Source of the DNA: Perna viridis
Taxonomy: Eukaryota
Direction of reading: 5' to 3'
Length of the DNA: 64,000 nucleotides
NCBI GenBank assembly: GCA_037379345.1
Contig: CM074517.1
Location: 1,426,001-1,490,000 of the forward strand
Under the pieces are notes generated by a model. It was not told where the DNA came from. It saw nothing but the letters and a program-made list of their open reading frames with translations, and did no database searches. The number at the start of each line of letters is the position of its first letter. Position 1 is the stretch's first letter. Of the stretch, positions 51,601 to 63,600 are shown piece after piece. The translations under genes and the position numbers were made by a program.

Positions 51601-54600
51601 CCATATATGTTACAAATGAACTCCCTAATGTATTTATTCTTAAATTGATAACATGGTGTAGTTGGGCCATACAAATGTTTCCTGTGCTAATATTATGATA
51701 ATATAGAAATCTTAAATCTTTGATGATATTAACAAATCATTCACAATTTCTAAATGAATAGCTGGTCTAAAATACATCAAATGAACTCTCTTCAAGTCAT
51801 GAGTACAAAAATTATCATAACGTTTATTTCCATACAATAACGTTGATATAATTAAATATTGACACTTACTGTATACAGCTTAAAATATATCAAATATGAC
51901 AATAGAAAAAAACTTCAGTTCCAAACAATGAAAGAAAATTATCAATGAAGTCGTCATTTAAAAAAGAAAATATGTTTATAAAATAAAAATATAATACAAT
52001 ACATGTATTGATAACCAACTTATTTTCATGCATGATTTCGTTTCACTAACTTTGTGAATGAACCAAGAAAAAAAATCACGAAAATATATTACCATGATTT
52101 TCTTCTTTCATTATGGAATAAATGTTAAACAGAGCGGTAAGTCAAGAAAATAAACAGCAGCGAAATTGAATTGATATTGTCAAATGCAAAAATAAGTTGG
52201 TTTAAAGTAATACAGACGTAGAAACATTTAACAACAGTTTCATCTTACACTAAACAGACAAAATCACACAAGTTCCCATGTACATCTTTTATAAAAAACA
52301 GAAACAAATTATTGGGCTCAGAGATAAAAATAATAATTAGAAGCCCAAAGATGAATAGTTGAAATAAAGCAAAACATAATGAAACAGTAACCATGACAAC
52401 AAGGTACCTTTATATCTTCAGGTTTTATTGTAGGAGGTGATGAGGAAGATTCCATTTCTTTTTGTTGCTGCATGTGTTTATCAAAATAGTTAATTATAAA
52501 GAAGTGTGATGTTTCTTTATTTGGTATGATGATGAGATCAACAGACAGACAAACCTGGTTTACATCAGAGATCAGTTACTACAGACTTCATGGGTTTCTA
52601 AATAGCTACGTAGGCCAAAAATACATATTTCAGACATTTATACATAGCGATTGCTGGTCTGCAGTGGCTAACTTTACAAGCCCATCACCATTTTTACAAG
52701 CTACAGACCTCTGCAAAATCAGGGGTCTGAAGTCTCATTCAGACAAAACTAAGTTTGTCTGTCGTGTACGTTCTGGGTTTTGATATGAGATTACAATATC
52801 TAAACACTGATATCAAGAGACACAACAATAATATATGTTTTACAATATTAAAATCAAAGGAAAAAATACATGGTCAAAACTAAAGTAACCAAACCTAAAA
52901 GTACCACATTTACAATACAAAATAATTCCTCAAACGCAAGAAAAACCAGCAAACTAATTTGACAATAAATGGCCACAAAAAAACAATCATGACAGAGAGA
53001 GTAATGTATCATACCTCAATGGTGATTCATGGTACATAATAACAATGCAACTTTCAAATTACATAACATTACTGGTACTTAAATCAGGTACATAGCAGAG
53101 ACGTAGCACCCTAGATTGGTATGGAAGGGGTAATGATAACATGTTTGAACTTGATTTAATTAGTTACCGAGTAAAATACCGTTTGTTTTTTAAGAATTTA
53201 TTACAAGAAATTCAGGTACTGCATGACGAACTAACAAAAATTATTGTAGTGCTCCAGCAGTTCCTGCCATACCAGATATGCTACACATGCCCCTGGATAG
53301 ATAAGTTTGTAATTCACTTAAAATGTCAAAAATCTATAATAACATTGTTAAAATGTTGGTGATTTTTTTTTGTTAAAGTTTTATTATATAAATTTTTTTA
53401 AAAACATTTTCCAATTTTAGTTAATACCATGAATGACCACTCGTATGATTTCAGAGGAAACCTATATGGAAACACAAGATATACAAAACTAAGTACCTGC
53501 GTGGGCGTGGAAAGCCGATAGTACCATTTTTCAAATTCCGATGATGCCTTTACGAAGCAGCAGAAAAAAGCAAAAAGCAACAAAATGAATCAACTTGACC
53601 ACAGAAATGAACTGAGATACTACACTGAGTTATATGGATGTGGTGATGGGAATGATGTTAAGGGTATCACTTCTAAAGTGCAATCTCATAGTACTTTAAG
53701 TGTCTTTGAAAGAAATTTATGATTACATGTTTTATGACCTTTATATGCTTAAATCTTAAGTTAATAAAATACAATACAAAAACAAACTTTTTAACACATT
53801 CTGTTTTATCACAATAAAACAAACTATTCAAAACTTTAAACATAGTGACTTAAACTTTTAACTGTAATGATCACACCAATTATTCTTTATTTAACAAGTT
53901 ATCATGAAGTAATATTTTTATTTCAGTGTACCTACCTCTGAAGTTTTGCCAAGGGATGCAAATGATCTATCTGAACATACACTTGAATTCTCACTGGCAG
54001 CGTCATCAGAGTCGTATGTATCATATCTACGACCACGATTCTAAAAGTACAGATAAAAATGTATATAAAAAGTCCAAATATATATGTCATTAACTTCTCT
54101 ATAGTTGAACTTTCCACTGGTTATATAGAACTCTCTTAAATGTTATGTCAACATTGTAATCAATGCCATGATTGATCTTCCAAAGATTTATCACTCTAAT
54201 TTTCACAGATATATTTGATGGTTGCATTAAAACAGATATAATTGAATTGTTGTTGTAGAGTTGTAGTTGTCAATCTAGTTTTGACAGTGGTAAATACACA
54301 TTTAATGGCTCTGCTGATACATCACCTGTATTGTCAAATCAATGACTGACACTACCTAATACACATCTAAGTGTAGTGTCTAAAATGTTGTCGTCTGAAT
54401 ATAGCTGAAATATTGCTGCTCGGCATTAAACCCCAACAAACTAAAATGTTGTTTTGGTTGGATTCTTTATATGTTCATTAAGTTGAGTTTATCTTGTAAT
54501 TATTCTATATTATTTTTTTCACATGTTATTTTCCAAAAATGCTCTACTTGTTCCTTGGAGAAGTTTTTAAGTTGTTATTAAAGTCAATGAGATTACCAGA

Positions 54601-57600
54601 GCATCAGCCAAAGCATCCTCTACGTCTGAACCATGCCTTAGAACTCTGTGATGAGTTACTGTAAATATAGAATAGACATGGTGAATATGTCAGAGACAAG
54701 AACCCCTGCTGAATGAAAAATACCAGTTCAAGGCCACCCATGGGTCTTCAAAGTCTTCAAAGATTTATACAGAGAAACAAAATAATAAGGAACCTTCTTC
54801 GTGCTTTCTTTTTTTTTTTTAATTTACTTTGGAAAAATGTATAATACTCCAGGTCTTAAGTAACAAATAAATGTTGTACTGCAAACTCTAATAGAGCATA
54901 AAATATTCCTAATGGTAATCCTTACACATTTGACCTATGACTTATGAATCTCTAGGAATTCCTTTGCAAGGAAAAAAAATCCTGCACATATGTCATCACA
55001 AAGGAATTCAAAAACCTACTACATTAGACTGGTCACCTAGTTTCTATGGATATCCGCCAGAAAATACTTTTTATGAAAAAGATGTTTTGGTATGAAGTAC
55101 AGCCACCATTGAAATCAGGATAAACCTTCATGAGTTTTTTCATCCTTATAGTATTGTTAGATCACTGCTTATTTACCTTTAGTTTTTCCACCAGATGATG
55201 GTATTTTACTTCCACTTAATCGTCTCTCCCGACCTGATTGACCATATCTGTTAGGACTACCTTCCCTACTAGCACCTTGGCTTCTAACAACCCCTGATCG
55301 GCGTGGTTTGGCTGGTGTCTTTGAAATATAGCCGAGTCGGGATGTAGGTGAGTTAGATCTACTGTTGGCTGCAAACAGAAAATATTATTATAAAACAAAA
55401 CTCTTCTCAAATTTGAATTATTTTCAATAAATGACTTTTTCTTTACTGACATTCTATAAGATTTCCAATACAAAATCCTACATTTCTTAAAACAGCTGAA
55501 GTGAGTTTTATGGGTTTTTCACATTTCTATAAAAATGCTTTGTTTTCTTTATTTTTACATGCATGTACATTAATTTTTCCACAACAAAACCATCAATGTC
55601 CAATCTTACCTCCTATTGGCCTATATCATTCGGAAAGCCCAGGAAAGCTATTTATACAACACAATATATAACAATGGACATTAACAACAACATGTGAAAG
55701 CTACCACACAAAGCTGTGCAACATAATAGGGTAACACACAAACTAAAGAACAGTTGGAAAGATAGAGAGAAGTCGATCAAGTCTAAGCAGTATAAGGTCT
55801 GGCTAACCTGCTCTCAGCCTCATCTACATCAGTTTAAATCTAGTCGTAATACTCCATGCAGTGCCAAAATTTCCTCAACATTTGATGTGAATTATACAAG
55901 TACATGTACACTATAACATTTATAGTTCACAATAAAAACATTACAATATATTGAATCTGTGATCAATTGAACACATATAATGAGATGGACCATCACCACT
56001 GATACATAGATGCCATATTTTAAGGACCAGTAGCCTTCTACTTACGCTGGGATTGTGAAGATCCTGAGGTTCTCCCTCGTCGACTTGATGACACTGCCTG
56101 ACTGCTACTCCTCTGTCTTGCTGTAAATGGAGCAATTTGTAATGTACACCCTTCAATCAACTTACTTTTTGAAACACACATAAAACAAAAGAAAGACCAA
56201 AGCCCAACATAAAAGCAACAAAGAAAATCTAAAATTAAACAAAAGGTTTAACAATGACATCGATACTGTCTACAGATGTTCATTACCAAATCTCGTTGTC
56301 CCAATTTTGACATCCTGAACTCAGAAAATTACTCAAGAAGTTGGATTTTTAAGGGAATTTTCAAACTTGATACTGTATAAAATCAAATTTGGGATATTTT
56401 AATTCACAAAAATAACAAGGTTCGTGCAGAGAGAAAATAATCTCCCCATAGATTGCTTTATGTGAAAGTTAGCGGGGAAACTTATACATGAGCTCATACA
56501 TGTACATTCATATTAAGCATAAAATATCTGTAATATGTTTCTACAAGTGCATTATATAGAGATTACAAGTTACTGGGTTGCAGTTATACTGTACAGTCCC
56601 TAGGTACCAGATAATCTAGCCATCTAAACCCATCTTAATAGTGTAAACTATAAATATGTGTATGCTACATACTTATAAATATTAAAAAAAATCAAAAAAA
56701 AACAACAACAACAACACATAAGTACAAAAATTACCATCCTGAATTTCTTTGTCATAGATTGACACCTCCTGATAATGATTTTCTCCAGAATCATTATAAA
56801 TTTCACACTCTATGTCTGACCGTGCTGGAATTTCAACTACATACGGAAAAAGAGCAAAATGAACTTTCTTTGGTCTATTCCAGAGTTCATTGACTCCTTG
56901 TGCCGGCATAATCATTTTCCACAAAATTACATCCAGTTATAAAACATGCATGTAATCAAGTAAGCATATCTCAAGTCAAGTTACATCAATGCCAGAATTA
57001 AACCATATCACACTCACTTGTTAATCGCAAAAACTATATTAATTCCATGTAAAACAATCCAGTTTAGATGTTTGACCATACATGTTTCAAATTCTCATTC
57101 ATCTGCTCCAAAACTTGTCATGCATATTTATCTACCAATCAAAATATTTAACATTTCACCATAACACATTTTTGTACCATTAAACAATAAAAAACAGCAT
57201 CGATTCTCTCAGCCATTTCAGTCTTTTACTGAAAAATTCTGGGTTTAAATTGTTCAGAATTGATTTTCCTTAATTATCCAATAAATGCCAGCAAAACACC
57301 AAGAAACAATAAAATTGTTTATACATCAAAATCCAGAAAAACAATCAAATCCAAGAGGATGGTTAAAGTATAGTGACCAGAAATCCAATATAAATACCAA
57401 ACTTTCCCATATTTGTCCATTTTAAGCATAAATCACTCATTATTAAAATTCCATGTTGATCAAACAACAATTTCAGAAGTTTAATAGATTAAATCAATTG
57501 GTGTTTTGATCCAATTGTGAGGTTAAACAGATGTCCTGATCAACAATTACTCCTACGGCTAATTACACAAACACTTTGTCAACTGATTATCACGATTATG

Positions 57601-60600
57601 TGATTACAGGATTAACCTTTTATCTGATGGTCAATGGAAAGGTCAAGGAAACGTTCAAATAAAAACAACACAAATTATAACTTATTGACACTTTTGGCAA
57701 TCCCTTCGACTGGGTAAATATCTTGCTCTACAAATACAGGTGGCTATAATTATGAATAGCAAGTTGACTAAAACACCCCTGAAGGACTACCCTCTTTTTA
57801 ACTTATACTGTCTTTAAAGGAATAACTGTCGGTGTAAAAATATCCCAACTGACATGTTAACTATCCATGTTGTGTAACCATGCTGACAAAAGTCATCACT
57901 TTATTACATAAATCTGTTTGAAGTTTGACATTTCATAACATGATTAAACTGACCATACAAACTTTCCTTTAAGTGGAATTTCCTTTCTGACAGAATCTTA
58001 CATTGAAAATTTTATCCTAAACACTAAAGAGGTAGTAGCCATTTCATTTTACAAACTTTAATAGATTAATACATTGATCCCCATACAAAATAATCTCCAT
58101 ATGATATACCACCATCATATTCTATGTCACCTTCAATAGAAGGCTGAGAAATTTTACATCCAAATACAGCAACCTATTTAATTGGCAAACTCCTACTTCA
58201 CATAAAATATTTAACTACTTTCTGAAGCCATTCAAATAGCTAACATTGCAACAATGTTGCAATTTAAACCTCATGATAAAAGTCTTAAGCTGTGAGTCAC
58301 TGGTTAATCCCTTCAGAGTACAATAGATGTCAATACTGTACCAACATATACTAATGGTCAGTAGGTAGATAACTGGACAATACAAAAACTAAGGACCAAA
58401 TCACTATGTGATATCACCAGAGTTCTTAGGTTTAACCTGAACTAATATGAATCAGCACAGGTAAACTGTTACATTACTTTTGACTTATTACCTTGTTAAT
58501 ATAAAATCAACTTCTCGTTAACTGCCCATCATTTGTACCTGTAAATAGCCCCTTAATGGCAGGTGAATTATTTTGAGTCAAAAAACCTCCTACAATGTGT
58601 GCAATTTTTCTCTTTTGTAAGGTAATTTTTCACATGACCTCACTGTGCTATGAGAAAATTATTTTCCCAATTATATATTTTCAAACAACTTACAATTCTC
58701 CCTGATCAATAAGGACAAAACATTTACCCTTAGAATTTTAACAATTTTTGAATAACTCATTATAAATATAGAAAATAAGAGAACCTTTCTCATAAGATTT
58801 CATCAAAATGTACTGAAAACTGAAGGAACATCTACCAGTATATAGGTCATAACTTTACAAAAAAGTTAGAAATTGACAACTATACACTGCCATAAGTGAC
58901 ATTTGAGAACAACATCTTGAAAGATCTCCATTGAATTCTGGACTTCTGTCCAACAGTAACCCACATTAGAAATGATATTACTTCAGACTATGGGAAAGTT
59001 AATAAAGTATTGAAGGGCAATGTCTTGCATGTCGTCAGCCATATACATATATATTAAATCATAAATCAGGATTTATTCACTAATATCTCAAAGAAAACTG
59101 TTACATATCAATTACTCTGCCAAGATCAGAGATTTGTATGAAAGAGACGACCATTATATTACTCCTGATCCTTAAATAGATAAACCATATTGATTTACTA
59201 TAATCTTCTATTTAGGTAATACAGACTTATTAGTGACTACCATAAACACTGGGTCATCAACTAGAAAAACATAGAACTTTGATAAATGAACTGGTTTCAA
59301 GACAACGGAAGCAAATAAACCCTAAAAACTGGAAAATTCTATCTTTTTATTTTGTAATTTACAGAGCAGGTACATTTTCCCACAGGTTATCAAAGTCATT
59401 TCTTAAGGGTCATAATTACAATTTGGAAAATATTACTTAGACTGGCTGTAACCACACCAATTGCAGAAATAAAGGAAAAACTTTATGACAAAATTGTTCC
59501 ACATTGATACATTTCAATCTGCATTTTTTCAATGAAAATCAACTCTGAACTTTAAAAAGCTCTATGTCACAATCAAAATACATTAACTTAGTTACATCAC
59601 TCAGGATTAGACAACCATCAAATCCATCCAAAAATTAACAAAACATCTTAGATTTAATAATGTAAACCATTCTAACATTGGGTACAAACCATGCCATGAC
59701 CATTCCCTGATCACATGCATCCATATCCTTTCATCACCTTAAGCCATGCAATTGAACAATTATCAACCATTAATTCAGCAAGAAGTGTACCCTAAAGATA
59801 GGCAAATCTAGAAACAAAAATAAGTAAAGGCCCATGCTTAACCTCATACCATTTAATCCTATATAAAAAAAATCTGTGGTAAAAACAAAAATGTTGATTT
59901 TATTAGTGACCAAACTTTCATTTTTCATGCCTCAGGCACCATTCTCAAAACAAGTTAAAATTCCTTACGCAGTGAGTTATACGTTGAGTTATAAGATGAC
60001 ATATGATTTGGAGTTGTTCTCCCTGTAACTGATGATGTTGGGGTCATACGTCCTGAGATTGAAGACGTTGGGGTCATTCGGCCAGAGATTTGAGATGTTG
60101 GTGTCATGCGACCAGACATTGACACCGGAGTTGTCCTTCCTGATGTTGTATTTGTACGTCGATTACGGGGTGTTGTAGCATATGGATTGTTTAAATCTGC
60201 TGCACTGTTGGAGCGCCCAATTCTACGCCCATATAAATCGTAAAGAGGTTTGTCAAGGTCTGAAAGTTATCACCAGACATAAAACAAACATATTAACAGA
60301 AATAAATGTTATAAAAGGAAGAAAAAGAAAATTAAATTGTACATGTATAAAATTAATAAATTTTAATAGAGTCATAAGGTAAAAGGATACAGAAAAGCAG
60401 CTCTCAGCAATGATTGAACAGAAAAAAAACATATCATTATTACCTGTCTACTTCAGTTCAAACATTTGCAAAATTTTAGATGCAGCAAAACATTATCACA
60501 TTTTTAAGATGCCAAGACTTTCAACCAATTCTGCATGCATTAATTTGACAAATTTCCTTCATTTAAAAAAAAAAAAAAAAAACAATGATGTGTTTTTTAT

Positions 60601-63600
60601 CTGCCAATCAATGCTTAGCTTCATGCTAAGAAAGGGTAAAAGTTGAAGAGAAAGGAATACATTAGTATGTGAAAGGCTATAGGCCAAACCACAGCAATAG
60701 CTGGTATGGATGTAAAAGCACTCAACTGATAGCATGTCACATGGGAGTCATGTGATCACCTTACCTTTAGGAGTGTCATCCAAATCTGGACGTGAAAGTG
60801 AAAGAAGAAAGTCAACAGAGTACATGCAAACACAAGCACAAAGGATAAATAAAATGCAGACAATTCAGTGGAAGGGGTTTTTGTCAAAAAATGGGAAATC
60901 TAGACCTATGATGTAAATATAATTTGGGTTAGGGACATAACAATTATCTTTCCAACTCAAATTCTTTCATGCAAATAGTCAAGTATAAGATTAACAGTAG
61001 TACTTTACTTATCACTATGGAAATATATTGATCAATACAAAAATGTGTTCAACTGATCAAGTCTCTCACGAAGGAGATTTTATACAAAGGTGCTTGTCAG
61101 TAAATTTGTTTTCTGTTCTTCAAATCATTTAAAGGTTGATATACTTCTATTATGTATACACATATTGACCCTCCTGAAAGGTAGAATAATCCTGAACCAG
61201 GTAGTATACACCTATTGACCCTCCTGCAAGGTAGAATTATCCTGAACCAGGTAGTTCCTTTTCCCACAGATAAGATATGATGCACACATTCATACTACCA
61301 GGTGCCTATTGCACTGTTAATTAATTCATATGAAACAATTGAAATGATCAACCTTATTAATAATATTTCTAGAGCTCAAAGCTTTGAAGCATACTAGTTA
61401 GGTACCAATTCACTATTGTTAGTTCTCAAAACTTCTGATTCTATTCTACCATTATCTGTATAAATCATAGACTTATGTGGTATACTTCCATAAACAGACA
61501 CCATGTAATTGGACTTATTCAGAAATTCAATTTCAATCCCCATCTTCTTCAAGATTTGCATCATCTAAAGGTATATGTGTAACTGGAAATCAAATTACTT
61601 TACTTCCATTACAATACTATATAAAATATAAATGAGATCTTAACAACGATGAAATAAAAATCAACATTTTTATACAAATATCTTCATCGCCATTTGAAAT
61701 GAGATAATTTTAAAGCATTGGTCAATCAAAGACTACACTAAGATAAATGGTGTCTGTTTTCAGAAACTTTAAATTTTCATGCTAGTATGGACTATAATTT
61801 GATCACTGCCACATGCAAATTTGTCTTTGATACCACCATTTTTTAAAAATAAATAAACCTGTTTACCATTTGTTAAAATCAGTACTTTAAAAATTCATTA
61901 ATTTGAAGACTTACAGCATTGTACAGTTATAATATTATAGAACTCACCACATTAAAATTTAAGCCAATTTTCATCTTGGATTAAAAACCAAATATTGATT
62001 TTAAAAAAAAATGAATATACACATTAAGCATTAAATGTAATTGTGTTTTACCTGCTCCACCTGTATCACTGCTGGCAGAACTAAACTTTGAATGTTTCTT
62101 CTTTCCTATTCTCCTGTAATCAATAAACAGAACATATCCTGGTTATCTCCCTTCACTTCTCATTCAACAAGTCTCGAACATTGAATTCAGAAATATTTTC
62201 TTAAGAAAAAAGACATCTCCTCTAAATAAAATATCATTTCTTGAGGGAAAATAAATAGCCATAGTACTTCAATTTCTGTTGGTTTTTCTAAAACATTAAA
62301 AACAAATTACCATAGAATTCTGTGAAGGAATGCAATTAATTGCCATTACAGTGCATTTTGTTATATTTCTATTTCAGACCATGTTAAAAAAAAATTTGGA
62401 AGATGAACTCTGAAATAAATCAAATAACAGGTTTAGATACATTACAAAATTTTGACGACTTTTTACTAATAGGGCAATAGCCTGCTTACCCTAGGGTACT
62501 TGAGTCAAATCCTCTGTCAGTACTGTGTGATCGAGGTCGTGAGGTCAACCCTTCGGCACTATTTAATGAGTTATTGCTTGAGGATCCACTGAGTTCACCT
62601 CTAATTTGTTTTTGTTTGGCTGGCTCCAAGGAATTTAACAAAGCATCAGCCTGATCTTTAAAATGGTCAGCAAATCCCCAAAAGGCTCTGAAAATAACGA
62701 AGCAGAATTTATATATTTAATCACATATTTAAACCCTATATTTCCTGATTCATATAATTAAAGGTACCAAAACTTGGAAGAAAAAGTCAAAGCTATCACC
62801 ATCATTACATATTTCATTAACTTACTTTTTAGAAAATGCCCTAGCTTAAAGTGAGATCATTCATTAGTAACTTAATTTCTAGAGAATGCCCTCACCTCAG
62901 CGAGAGAGATGATACATTACAAACCTACTTTCTAGAGAATGCCCTCACCTCAGCGAGAGAGATGATACATTTCAAACTTACTTTCTAGAGAATGCCCTAG
63001 CTTCACTATCAGCATCATTAATTCCTTTCTTTAAGGCATCTTGAAGATTGGCAATCTGTTTTTCTAATACATGTGTTGACCATGTGTGTAAAATTTGGTT
63101 TAAAAATTCACAGGAAGTCCTGAAATAAAGACATCTTCAACTACTTTTTTTAATTAAAGTACATTCTAATTCAAATGAAGTCTAAGTTAAAAAATTTTAA
63201 AAACCCATGATGACGAATGCGACTGTGCCATTATTTATACATGCACAATTTTTTTGTGGTCGCATAAAAACCCAAGGCATTTCCAATAACATACACACTA
63301 AGACCTCTGAGCAATAATACAGATTTAATTTGCAATTTCATCACCTTTGAAAGTTTTTTATTTTTTTTTTCTAACAGCTTATGACATTACCTAGAGCTTT
63401 GTGTGAAACCTGCAATCTGTTCCTTTTACACATACAAATTTCTTTGTATGAGTAAAGCACTGAAAGCACAGTCCATGTGTTTCAAGAAATTAAAATTTTC
63501 AAAAATTCTTATCTCATGTGGATAGCAAAAAATAAAGACAGAGAATAGATACAGCATTACTTACCGTCTAATGGTACTGGATTTAGATGTCATCCCTGAT

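Noticed and set aside
55604-55650. Good GTAAGA donor in the SQSQ/P intron
   Set aside because: Available acceptors give 38 nt, 11 nt or 3 nt exons: frameshifting, stop-containing or unsupported.
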